Part shown: positions 1-12,338 of the stretch, one piece after another
Layout: the number at the start of each line of letters is the position of its first letter
Numbering within the stretch: position 1 is the stretch's first letter
Source: Podarcis pityusensis
Lineage: Eukaryota
Direction: 5' to 3' (one strand)
NCBI GenBank assembly: GCA_964106645.2
Contig: OZ078259.1
Length of the DNA: 64,000 nt
Made by a program: the position numbers and the translations under genes
Notes under the pieces: model-generated
Seen by the model: only the letters and a program-made list of their open reading frames with translations
Databases searched by the model: none
What the model was told of the DNA's origin: nothing

Positions 1-701
1 GCCAGCTTTGCCTGCTAAATGTCCACATAGCTGTCTCCCTCTAAAACAAGCAGGATCTGGAAAATAATGGGATAACCCACCTACATGAGCACTTCTCTTT
101 TGCTAAGGGAGGCAGGCAATTGAAGTAAATAGGTTATCTCTCATGGACAGGAGTTTGCCCCATTCATCCTCTCACGCTGAAGCAGGCATGAATGCAAGCT
201 TGGACTTTTGCTTTCTAGGGCCTGGACTGTCAGATTGCTGCTGTGTTAACTTGTTGATGTGTTAACAGAACTAAGAGCTAGGTCTTGGGGATGGAAGTGG
301 CTGGGAAGTTCAGAAGAGTTTATAAAAAAAAAACCTCTTTTAAAGATGGACACTTCTCTCTGCAACCAGATGCCTTTTGTTCATCACTTGCAGTATTAAA
401 AATGAAGGGATACCTATTTCAGTGGCTGCAGCAAATTATTGCTTCTCTGTGTGGACACACTCTGACTGCCAAATGCAAAGTCTGTTTTGCAGAGATTGTC
501 AGTTCAATTTAGCTTGGACAGGCACCAGGCTTGTGGCATTCTGGGAGTTCCCATTGCCTCTTGGGTAGGGCGTAAGAGGAGCAGCTGTAGTGACCCTTGA
601 GGTTTATTCCAGCTCTACAGCTTTCAAATGCTCCATGTCACACACATTGGTTAATCAGGTTCTCTAGGCCTCCACCCTCCTGCAGAACCTGACTTAAATT
701 T

Positions 702-903
702 AGGGGAGGGGATGCAGCTCAGTGGCAGAGCACCTGCTTTGCATGGAGAAGGTCCCAATCCCAAATGCCATTTCCAAGGATAGCTGGGAATGCCCCTTGC
801 CTAAAATCTCAAGAGAGCCACTGCTGCCAGTCAGTGTAGACAGTACTGACTTAAATGGACCAAGGGTCCGAGCTCTGCATAAAGCAGCTTCCTATGCTCC
901 TAT
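702..903 (+). mobile_element. tRNA-derived SINE (Squam3-like); other copies 9368-9525, 25510-25950, 35620-36210, 52690-52870, 61017-61160
   Basis: AGCTCAGTGGCAGAGCACCTGCTTTGCATG head; CTGCCAGTCAGTGTAGACA body; GCAGCTTCCTATG tail. Confidence 0.75.
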
Positions 904-2059
904 TTAATTCAGACTAGTTCTTTAGAACTACAAGGACTAGAATATTATTTTATTTTAGGGGGAAAGATGTAGCTCTGCAAGATGCAACCTACCTCACAGG
1001 GTTGTTGAGAAGACACAACTGGGGGGGGGGCAAAAATACTACACCATTTTGAGCTTCTTTGAGGAACAGGATAAAATGAACCACAAGACTGGAACAATAC
1101 CATCATAAGAAAATAAGAGCCTGCTGGATCAGGCCAGTGGCCCATCTAGTCCATCTTGTTCCCAAAGTGGCCAACCCATGAGAAGTCCACAAGTAGGATT
1201 TGAACACAAGGAGCAGTCCCTATCCTTGTGGTTTCCAGCAACTGGTATTCAGAAGCACTGCTGCCACCAATCATTTAAGCCAGGTCTGGAGAATCCCAGA
1301 TGCTGAGATTTCAAGGCCCTAACCTGAAGCCTAGGGTGATGCCACCCCAGAGAAGGTCCTGCAGATGGTTAATTGGGAGAGACATGGGGAGGTGGGCACA
1401 CACTGCATAGTGTCTATGCTATAATTTGTAGCCAGCTCCTCCCAGGCTCTCCTGCCCACCTGGAGATTCAATACCTCCACCTGCCACCTATGGCCCAGAA
1501 AAAGGGGGCTTCAGATGAGAGCTGGAGGTCTGGCAACCCTGTAGAGGCAGCTTCTTGGACCCTACTGCTGAGATGTGGGAACTGGAAGTATAACCTAAAC
1601 CCTTTTAGATCCAAGCCACCAAGATGTGAAGAACTGAGGCACAAAGCCTAGTGAGATGGGTTGGCGCTTAGCATTGCCATGGTGCGGTGGGGGTGGGAGT
1701 TAGCTGGTGAAGGGCAAGCAAGATCTTGGTTGCCTTGGGTGGTCGAGTGGAAACTGATGGACCTAGCCTGGCATAAAAAACGGCAAAATCTCATCAGCCC
1801 AGATTTGATTTTGCTCCTCTCCCAAGCTTCCTCCTTCCTCTGTAGACCTTGGTAAAGATTGAGACAGCTTGGGACCTCTGCTGTGCTGTCAGTTGTGGTC
1901 CCTTTGTAGATTCAAGACAGATTTTTTAAAAGTCCTCCTTCATGCAGCACTTGGTTAAATTATGGTATTCACACACACAGGAGGCAGTGATGGCGACCAA
2001 CATCAATGGCTTTAAAAGATGATTGGTCTGGCAACCACAATGAAACCTTATGTTAACTT

Positions 2060-2360
2060 GTGAGGAATGGTTGCAAGAGTTGGGTGTTTTTAGCCCAAAG
2101 AAGAGGAGACTGAGAGGAGAAATGATGGAAGATGGAGCAAGCTTGTTTTTTCCTGCTCTGGAGGTTAGGACCCAAACCAATAGCTTCAAGTTGCAAGGAG
2201 ATTTCTGACAGTAAGAGCTGTTTGACAGTGGAACAGACTCCCTTGGAAGGTGGTGGACTCTCCTTCCTTTGAAGAATTTAAGCAATGGCTGGATGACCAT
2301 CTGTCATGGTTTCTTTAGTTGTGATTTCTGCATTGCAGCTTCCAACCCTACAACTTTTAT
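2060..2360 (+). mobile_element. Degenerate CR1 3' fragment (others at 7890-8200, 28740-28990, 42270-42420 plus; 16330-16670, 16960-17350, 42860-43170, 62743-63015 minus)
   Basis: AAGAGGAGACTGAGAGGAG...GACAGTAAGAGCTGTTTGACAGTGGAAC matches the CR1 copy at 34.5-35.2 kb. Confidence 0.75.
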
Positions 2361-4745
2361 TAACTCTGCTGCACAATAAATTGAAAACAGAGTTGTGATC
2401 ATCACACATTTGCCCAACACCCCCCCCCCCAAGGCTTTACAAACGTGTGTATTACAGAAGTGGCATTTGCTTCAAAAAATACATAAATAAATCAGGTCTT
2501 TGTTCCTTTATTATTATTTTTTCCAAACTGTTCTACTTTTAAAACAATTAAAGATACAGAGACTGACCTGGAAAGGGGGTAACTAGGAATATACAAATAA
2601 ATCATGCTTTTATCTGGAAGGTACTAATACCTGTCAAGTCCAAAGTCTGTACAAAAAAAGAAAGCAAACAAATCCCCACCCTAAACCCATCCCTGGGGGG
2701 GGAAAACCCCTGAATACACAAATAAGGAATTAAGCACCCAGCACAGGAAACTATCAAAGAGCCATAGCACCTGTTGGTTAAAGTCAAATACATTTAAATT
2801 AAAAGTACTCCCAATTCTTTAGAACTTTGTTTTTCTTTCTTAAAAAAAAAATACCAAGACAAATCTGCATTTTCCTTCTTCTTCTGTCACTCTTCAAAAT
2901 GCAGGATAGTTTGTTTTTTAAGTGACCATTGGTGTTAATAAATAAAGTTACTTGTATATACAAGAAGACAAAAACAAAACAAGGGACAGTTAATTATGGA
3001 GTGTGTCTTTTGAAAAAAGTGCAGGGATCCAGACTGGAGAAAATAGTTTCTAGAAAAATTGATGAATCTTACAAAAGTGTTGTTATCTCTCCCCACCCCC
3101 ACACGCACCCCAGTGTATCCCCCCTCCCCCCTTCCTTTGAGGTAAAAGGTTTATTTGGGAAACCTGCACTTTCACAACACAGAAGTAGCTTTCCAGTCTT
3201 AAGAGCTTCTTTCCACTGTTAGAAAAAAAGGGTTTAAAAAGGAATCAAGAGAGATTCAACCTCCCCCAATTCATTCCCTATTTGGGGGGCTTTGCTTGGG
3301 TCTCAACTATGCACCTCAGTGACCCGCTAAGCCAAGAATGTGCCCTTAAGTTAAGCAATTGGCTCTATGGTTAACCACATCCTCACTATACATTTACAGC
3401 ACACTCTTATATAACCATTTTAAACAGGCATAGCTTCCCACAAATAATCCCAGGAACTGTTGTTTGCTCAGGGTGCTGAGAGTTGTTAGGAAATCCTTCT
3501 ATTCCTCCTCCCAGACGTACAGTGCCCAGAGTGGTTTAACAGTCAATCCCTCTTCACAGGGAATTCTGGAAATTGTAGCTCTGTGAGGGGAATAGGGGTC
3601 TCCAGAAATTCTCAGCACCCTGAACAAGCCACAGTTCCCAGAATTCTTTGTAGGAAGAAGCCATGACTGTTTAATGTCGTATCGTAATGCTTTAAGTGTA
3701 TGGTGTAGATAGGACCTAACACAGACCACATAAATTTAAAGCGCTAAGATACCGCTTTAAGCAAGCATAGTTTTCCCCAAAGAATCCTGGACACTGTTCT
3801 TTGTTGAGGGTGCTGGGAGTTGTTAGGAAACCCCCTATTCCTATCACAATATCACAATTTATGTTTATTTAAACAATTTATATACCACTTCACTACAATG
3901 AGTCTCTTAACAAAGATACAATATATTTTCTTAAAAAAATATCAGTTAAAACTATAAAATCAGACATCAATTGAAATAGCTGCTGGAATAATAATAAAAA
4001 AAGTTTTCATTAGGAACTGGAAGATCAACAGGGAGAGAGGGTCTGTCTGACCTCAATTGGAATGGAGTTCCACAAATTTGGGGCCACAACACTGAACGCA
4101 ACATGGCTCCTGGTTGATATGAACCATGCATCCAAGTCACAGGGGATTACCAACTCCCTTGAAGAGCTCAGTAATTGGGCAGGGATATAAGGGATTCAAG
4201 GTGATCAAGTTATCCTGGCCCAGATTATTAACAGCCCTGTAAATTAATGCAATAACCTTGAATTTAGCCCAGTAGCATATGGGCATCCCCGAGAAGAGGT
4301 ACTGATTGTTTAAGCACCCTGGGAATTGTAGCTCTTAACAACTTCTCAGCAACCAAGGACTGCCTCCTGCAGTCAACATGGTGCCCTTCAAATGCTGGTG
4401 AACACCAGCTCCCAGCATCCTTGGCTGTTGGTCACACTAGCTGGAGTCCATGGGAGTTTGGAGTCCAGCCACCTCCAGAAGGCATCACATCACCTAAGCC
4501 CAGGTGCCATGTCTTTTGGAGATCGGTTGGCCACCATGAGGACAGGATACTGTACTAGATGGGCCACTGGTCTGATCCAGTAGGGTTTGTGTTGTTAGAA
4601 GCTCTCCAAACATTCCTCATGGAGGAACACCACAACAGCTACTCAGGATGCAGTTGGCTTCCATATGTTGTCTGGACCTCTCAAAAGTCTGGACCTCACA
4701 AAAACTGGACAGTGGTGCTACATGCCTCACTGGCTAATGTGAATA

Positions 4746-4967
4746 CAGTGGTACCTCAGGTTACATATGCTTCAGGTTACACACACTTCAGGTTACAGAC
4801 TCCGCTAACCCAGAAATAGTAGCTCAGGTTAAGAACTTTGCTTCAGGATGAGAACAGAAATCGTGCTCTGGCGGCGCGGCAGCAGGAGGCCCCATTAGCT
4901 AAAGTGGTGCTTCAGGTTAAGAATGGACTTCCGGAACGAATTACGTACGTAACCAGAGGTACCACGG
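4746..4967. mobile_element. Tc1/mariner (Tigger-like) MITE
   Basis: TA|CAGTGGTACCTC...GAGGTACCACGG|TA; same family as 23774-24007 and 58930-59142. Confidence 0.88.
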
Positions 4968-5148
4968 TACTTCCTATCTCAACAAAAGGATGATGTGGAC
5001 CTAGGGCAAAGAGACTGAATGACATCACATAGAAAAGGTCCCAAGTAACAGACTGACCAGGGTGAGAGGGTTTCGTTTTTTAAAAGCCATCGCTAAAGAA
5101 TATTGTACAAATGTTAAATCAAGGGGTGTATCCAATTGCTAGTCCTAG

Positions 5149-5472
5149 GCCACATTCACACCACATATTTAAAGCACTATGGTGCTACTTTCAACCACCA
5201 TGGCTTCCCTCAAAGAATTCTGGGAACTAGTTTGTTCATGGTGCTTATACCCCAAGCCCCCAATTCCTTCCCCAAAATTATGGTTTGCAGTTACCTGTGA
5301 AGAGGGATTGATTGTTAAACCAGTCTGAAAATTGCAGCTCTGGAAGGGGAAGAGGAGTCTCCTAACAACTCTTAGCAACCTGAACAAACCAGAGTTTCCA
5401 GGATGTTTTGTGGCAAGCCATGACTGTTTAAAGTGGTCTCATAGCACTTTAAATGTATGATGTGAATGTGGC
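5149..5472. mobile_element. Long foldback MITE (related copies 3375-3713, 3720-3860, 50575-50735)
   Basis: GCCACATTCACACCACATATTTAAAG...CTTTAAATGTATGATGTGAATGTGGC inverted termini with internal inverted symmetry. Confidence 0.75.
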
Positions 5473-6957
5473 GCTGCTTAGAGCAGACCAAGTGAAAGTA
5501 AGGGGTACCCAACCAACTTAGATCCATTCATTTCAGTGGGTCTACTTTTGAGGGGAATTTGGTTGGATGCAAACCAATACTTCACAGACCCTTAACAACA
5601 GCAAGAAAAACTGGAAAGGACTACTACCCCCATCCCCCATCCCCAGCACCAACCAAGGTTTGCAGATTGCCGAGAAAAGGTCATTGGGTTCACCCAGAGT
5701 TCTACATCAGTGACATTCTTCCTGCGCTCTAGGTGTGCACAATGGGATTGGACCATTCCCAGACTTTTTTTTAAAGCTAATGCTTGTGATGTGTATCGTA
5801 TGCCTCTCAACCTCCTCCATGCACACACCCAGAGCGACAACAACCTCTCCTTTTCCCATCCTGTAGCCAAATCAGTTTTTTGATTTTTGAGTTTCAACAA
5901 TTTCATTTGCTAGCTTTAATAGGTCACCCAACCTCTCATAACAGAAGCACAAATCTCTAGTATCATTTTTTTTACTTTAAAAAAAGTTTAAAAGAAATAT
6001 CTAAAAAGGTACATTTTTAAAACAATCCACAGTACGTGAGCTCTCTTCTCCTCCTTCCCTCATATATATATAATATATTTATATATATATATAAAATGAT
6101 GCTCTTCAGCACACATGTAGATGCAGGGCCCAATCCACAAGGAAGGTCTGCTCATGGTCTCTGTACTCCCACCCCACCAAAACAAACGGGAGAGGTGCAT
6201 TTTGTACACCTCCCTCTCATTTGAGAGAAGGGGGCATGCCCAGGAGCATTCCATGGTGGATTGGGCCCCTTGGAGGTTAGGAATACTAGTGCTAGCAACA
6301 AATACAATCAACTACTTCAAAAGCTAACGTCTTTCAGATACAGTACCGTTTTACAGAGAGGTTCTCCTCCCCACCACCCCACCCCATTTAAAAAGTTCCC
6401 CACTCCACATCAGCAGCAGCACTGAGCTGAGTCTTGGGCTGTATTAAAAAGGAATTTCCATGGGGGAGGAGGGAAGAGTAAGAGAAAAAAGTTACCAACC
6501 CCCCCCCTTTTTTAATATTACATCTCGCAAACATTTTTTTTACTCATCTCTCCAGTTCCCACATCTCTTGCTGTTGGTCACCAAAAGACGTCTCAATGAT
6601 TTGATTTTTTAAAAAAGTTTAGAGACCTTATATGCAAGGGAAAGTTCTTGCCTTAAAAAGTCTAGCCACACACACACCCCAAAAAGATCTTGCAACCTAA
6701 TAAAAGCTGGGTGGGGAAAGTAGGGGGAGGAAATTAAATTCTGGAAGGTTTTATAACACTGAATTAAAAGAAAAATTAAAAGTAGAGGGGTGGAATGAGA
6801 TACAGAGCTGGTCCTGTTGCAAGAAAGCAGGCTGGTTTGTTTTTTTAAAAAAATATAGTAACGAGGAAGAAGCAAAAGGGGACGCTGCAGAACTTTCCGG
6901 GGCAAGTGCCTATGAGACGTCCATTCACCGTCCGGGAGCATTTAAGGGTCTGTTGCT

Positions 6958-7070
6958 TTATTCTGAATCGCTACTGTCCGAAGTGGAGCTTGAGCTGCTA
7001 CTCCCCGATTCCGAGGAGCTGCTACTGCTCAGGCGAGAGGGGCCTCCAGAAAGGGTGGAGCCAGATTTTT
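6958..7070 (-). CDS. BRD3: BRD3 last coding exon (Ser-rich SEED tail, stop)
   Basis: (E)KSGSTLSGGPSRLSSSSSSESGSSSSSSTSDSSDSE-TAA; summed CDS 2184 nt = 727 aa. Confidence 0.95.
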
Positions 7071-8908
7071 CTAGCAAAAGAAATGAGAAAAGAAATAGCA
7101 TTTTAGGTGAAAGCAATCTTCAGCCTGGATATTTAAGATTCAACTTCTCTAGGCTAAAAATAGTGCATTCAGACGTGTGGAACGTTGAATTAGGATCCTG
7201 GATGAGAACACTAGTGCTTCTGTCCCATATTCTAACACTCGTTTCACATTGCAGTACCTGTTGCATTAGAAGGATCATAGACTCAAAGAATCGTAGAGTT
7301 GGAAGGGGCCACAGGGGTCATCTAGTCCAACTCCCTGCAATGCAGGAATACCAACTAAAGCATCCATGACAGATGGCTATCAAACCTCTGCTTAAAAACC
7401 TCCAGCTACCCTCCAAGTTATGACACTGTGGCTTTTTAAACCAATATACTGGAGCGTTGTGCTAAATTTCATTCGTACCCGTTGTGGAACAACAAATGTC
7501 ACTGGGCATCAGTGCTACTCCTCCACCCTTTCTGCACATGCACACTTCTGTTCCCCCATGATTCTTCCCATGAAAATGGCAGAAGAGAATTGTATGGTTG
7601 GCGTAACTGCCCCACATTTTATCTCTTTGCTCCCATGATTTTCTGGGTTAAGGAGGCTGCAAATGGATTTTTTCTGGCATCACAGAAATGAGTGCTAAAT
7701 ATGTACTATGTTCCTCTAGATTTACGAAACTGGCTCTTACACCATGTGGAAGCTCAACTATAACACAGAAATTGGTTGGGGAACATCATGAAAGTGGAAT
7801 AAACTGTTGTGTGAATGCAACCAAAACAAAACCTCCTTCCCTGTTAGGTCCCTAAATAAAAACCCCAGGAGTGATGAAGTCTAATTCTGGACATAGTTAA
7901 CTCACTCCAGCAGGAGGAAGTAATGGCCACCAACCTCAATGACTTCAAAAGAGGGTTGGATAAATTCATGGAGGAGGAGACTATGAATGGCAACCAGCCA
8001 AGATGGCTATGCTCTTCCACCACTGTCAGTTATGCTTTGGAATGCCAATTATTTGGAATCACAAGTGGAGAGAGTTGCTGTTGCTCAGATCCTACCTACT
8101 GGCTTCCAGCTGGAGCGTTTGGATGGCCACTGTGAAAACAGCATACAAAACTAGATGGGCTCCCTTTGGCATGATCTAACAGCATCTTCCAATGTACTTA
8201 TATTATTCTTGGACATTATTATTATTATTATTTGCATTTCTATACAGCCCTTCATCCAAGTATCACAGGGTGGTTTAAAATATAAAAACAAATGAACAAA
8301 AACCCATAGTTACAAACAATAACATCCCCCTCCCCAGTTTAAAAGTCCATAGATTGTTTAATTAGCCAAAGGCATGGGAGAAGAGGAATGCTTTTATCTG
8401 GTGCTTAAATATAGGCAGTGAAGGCGCAAGGCGAGCGCCTCTGGGGAGAGCATCACACAAATGGGGAGCCACCACAGAAAAGGTCTGTTCTTGTGTTGCC
8501 ACCCTCCAGTTCGCTTGTGGAGGAGGCACGTGAAGAAGGGCTTCAGATAATGTGCACAATGGCCAGGATGGTTGATATTAGGAGAGGTGGTCCTGCATGC
8601 AAAGCTTTGCATAGGGAAGGTTGCAGGTTCACAATGGCCAACACAGTATAGTGGTTAGAATCACAGAACTGCAAGCCCCAAAGGATCATTTTGTCCAACC
8701 CCCTGCAATGCAGGAATCAGGAGTGTCAGAGGCTAGGACCAAGAAGGCATGGGTTCAAATCCTCCATTTGGTCATGAAGTCTACTGGGGCGGTCACACTC
8801 CCCTGCCCCTTCTTCTCAGCCTAACCTACCTCAGAAAGTTGTGAGGACAAAACAGGGAATCAGATGCAGTTAGTAAATGCATACAGGAAGGGAGGAGGTT
8901 TTGTTCAC

Positions 8909-9037
8909 CTTTTTTCGCAGGCTTCTTGTTGTTGTTCAACTGCCCGCTGACGTCCTGAAGCCTCTTCTCCAGCTCCTTCTTCTTTTCCTGAGCAATCTCC
9001 TCCTTCGACTTTGCCACCTGCTTCTTCCCACTCGCAG
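8909..9037 (-). CDS. BRD3: BRD3 exon 11
   Basis: 129 nt, (S)[42 protein letters not shown]. Confidence 0.95.
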
Positions 9038-9967
9038 CTGCGGGGGAGAAAGGCACAATTGGTGTCATGTGGAGAGAGAAGGAAGAGTCAGCAACCACTG
9101 TCTTTTGCATCCTCATGCCAATGACTCCCAAGAGATGCTGGATGGGGGAGGGTCAGATGGCCTCTTGTGGGTTATGCGATAGCATCTCCCCAGCTCCAAA
9201 ACCTGAGAAGTGGAGTAGTGTGGGGGACAATTGGGGGAACAGCCTTGAAGGAAGCTTCTTTTGACAGGCTGGTGGGGAAGGTCAAGGCAAACACAGAGGA
9301 GATGAAGAGAGATGGGCTTTGGACCTTGTCCTGGGTGCTGACAACCCATGTTATGCCACTGTGAGTGAGGGAAGGGCCTTAGATGGTAGAGCACCTGCTT
9401 TGTTGAATGCCCAGTGACATCTCCACGTAAGGCTGGGGAAAGAGCTTCTGCCAGTCAGCATAGACGTCCCTCAGCCGGGTGGACCAAGGGTCTGACTCGG
9501 TATAAAGCAGCTTCCTATGCTCCTATTAAATAACCCAGCCCTTTCCTCAGAATTATGAGGATTAGAATCATGCCATGTTTAGAGGAGGAGCCATAGCTGA
9601 GTAGCAGGGCATCTGCTTTGTATGCAGAAGGCCCCAGGTTTAAACCTCAATGGCATCTCTAATGAACCCAGGACCTTCTGCATGCAAGCATAGGCTCTGG
9701 CACTGAGAAGTGGGCCATCCCCTAAAAATAAAAGAAGTTCATTGTTTACAACCTTTGGGACCAGTTGTTGCTTAGCCTACCTCACTGGGTTGTTGTGGGG
9801 ATTAAATGAGTGGGATTAAATGAGGAGGGGGAAGAGACTCATGTATGCCTTTTTGAATTCCTTTGAGGGAAAGGTGGAATATGAATGCAATATATAGGTA
9901 GATAAAAATAATTAAGATATGGCCCTGCTCATTTCAGCATGGGTCCTGGAAGGCTCCCTCCACTTAC

Positions 9968-10260
9968 AGAATGGCTTCCGTTGCTTCTTCTGCAAACAGG
10001 ATTTGACGTATCTCTCCAGCTCCCGTAACGTGGTAGGCTTCAAGGTTTCGAAATCTATCTCAATTTCATCGGGGTTGGAGTCCCGGAGTGAGGGCTCTCT
10101 TGACTGGATGATGTGTACCACCCGGCCCAGCTTCTCCCCCGGCAAGCGGTTGATATCCAAGCTGAGTTGGCGCTTCTCATCGTAGGTCATGGGGAGTCCC
10201 TCTTCCTCCTCATCCGAATCGTAGGCCACAGGAACCTGTTTCCCGCCTTTTTTCGGCTGC
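9968..10260 (-). CDS. BRD3: BRD3 exon 10 (ET domain)
   Basis: 293 nt, [97 protein letters not shown]. Confidence 0.96.
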
Positions 10261-10641
10261 CTGCAAAGTTACTTTGCTATTATTGCCTGCAAAGTTAATT
10301 TGCTCCCCACTGTGAGGGGAGGGAGGTTTGTGGCGAAATGGAAAGAGAGAGGGTTTGGTGAGCAACACGAGCAGGGAATAATAGGGGCTGCCTTCCCTGC
10401 TTGTGTTACTCACCAAACCCTCTCTCTTTCCACTTCCAGTGAAAACATTTCTACAAGCACCAAACATGAAGAGCAGTACCCAACTAATTTCTACTCAGAG
10501 TAGACACATTGAAATTATTGTACCCAAGTTCATCATGGCCATCAACTTCAGTGAATCTACACGGAGTAGGGCTAGCATTGGTTTCAGCCCCCTTAAACAA
10601 TTTCTGCAAATGTGCTATTAATATTCCATAAAACAACTGGG

Positions 10642-10680
<39 letters not shown>

Positions 10681-12096
10681 AAATGTGACAACTAATTACA
10701 AAGGGCTGGAGCTGCAGTGCTATAAGGAGCAGGTGGCCCAAGTCATGCCAATACAAAAACCTCACACATACACTTAAGTAAAATAATGTTATGTTTACCA
10801 CCCCCTCCCCTCCTCTTTCTTCTCCTTCCAACTTTATACTGTGTACAACATCAATGTCTCACACTGAACATAACTGATTTGTAGAAAAGACTCTATGGAA
10901 ATAGAGACAACGCCCATACTTTTGTAACGCAAGAATTTTTTAAAATAAAAATTATTTAAAAAACAAAACAAAAAACCACCTCCTCCTCAGGGGGGCTTTC
11001 CCATGCAAACTTGGGAGCTGATCCTCTGTGACCAACTCCTCCTTTCCTTCAGATTAGTTCCAGTCAGCACAGAGCAGGAGGAAGCTTCTTTTTTCATGGG
11101 ATGAAGCATCCAAATCGCTAAGTAAAAGGGTTAACGCTCACAAAGGACTATAGAACTCTGTGATGTCACAGGCCGTGGCAGTTATTTTCCGTTGGTTCAG
11201 TTATGGCAGTTATTAACTGTCTTCATAGTCGGAGCAGCAGATATGTTCTGTTATGCTGCTGTCTACCTCAGAGTTAGGTCAGTCTGCAACAGTCTTTTGT
11301 TGTCTTAGGTGTAATATGTATTAGTAATAGAAGTAACATCTGCCTGACTTGTATATTTAATCTAACAAGTTCAAGCACACTGTGTAAAAGTTGTTTGTTA
11401 TTTAAGCTTTAAACAGGGAGTGTCTTGCATATTTTCTTTATAGGAGGGAAAGGGAACTAATGAAAGGGTCAGACCCGGGCTTTCTTCTGCGTAACTCTGT
11501 AAATGGGAGCTAGTGTTTAATTCCCACACTTTTCAGTGACTTAAAAAGGCCCCATTTAATGCCGATTGGGTGGCTTTAATCATAATAAATTTTTATTTAT
11601 ATCCCGCTCTCCTCAGCCAAGACCGGGCTCAGGGCGGCTAACAACCAATAATATAAACAAGTTGATTAAAATACAATTTAAAAGATTAAGATACAACATT
11701 AAAACATTAGGATGCAGCCTCTTCACAGGAGGAGAAAGGGGGGGGGAAGAGGGGAAGGGAATCAAAATGATTCTAAGCCAAAGGCCAGGTGGAACAACTC
11801 TGTCTTACAGGCCCTGCGGAAAGAAATCAGATCCTGCAGGGCCCTGGTCTCATGAGACAGAGCGTTCCACCAGGCTGGAGCCAGTGTTGAGAAGGCCCTG
11901 CCTCTGGTTGAGGCTAATCTAACTTCCTTAGGGCCCAGGACCTCTAGGGTGTTGCTATATATGGACCTTAAGGTCTTCCGTGGGGCATACCAGGAGAGGC
12001 GGTCCCGTATGTACGAGGGTCCTAGGCCGTGACATCAGAGACAGGGACCGTGCTGCAGAAACAGTAACCCCAGACCACTACACCTCTCTCCTTTAC

Positions 12097-12338
12097 CTGT
12101 TTGCGGTGGTGGTGCTGTTGGCCTTCTTGGCCGGTGGCTTTTTCTGCTGGGCCTGCTTCACCGGCTGAGTGACCTTCACCTTCTTCTCCTCCTCAGCCTT
12201 TGCCTTGTGCTTCTCTTTCTCCTTCTCTTTTTCCTTGTCTTTCTTTTTTTTCTCTTTTTCCTTCTTCTCCTTCTTCTTCTTTGGCTTGTTCACGGGGGCT
12301 TGCGAGAGAGCAGCAAGTTGCTCGTGGACAGCCTTCAA
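12097..12338 (-). CDS. BRD3: BRD3 exon 9 (motif B coiled coil, Lys-rich region)
   Basis: 242 nt, [33 protein letters not shown]...[10 protein letters not shown](R). Confidence 0.96.

Larger units (their letters stand above)
2490..6957 (-). other. BRD3: BRD3 3'UTR (probable extent)
   Basis: U-rich on the minus strand after the stop; AATAAA (minus) at 2507-2512, possible proximal ATTAAA at 5915-5920; central part interrupted by transposons. Confidence 0.6.

Noticed and set aside
1-6900. BRD3OS small ORF, expected 3' of BRD3 by human synteny
   Set aside because: No ORF here resembles it; it probably lies outside the window.
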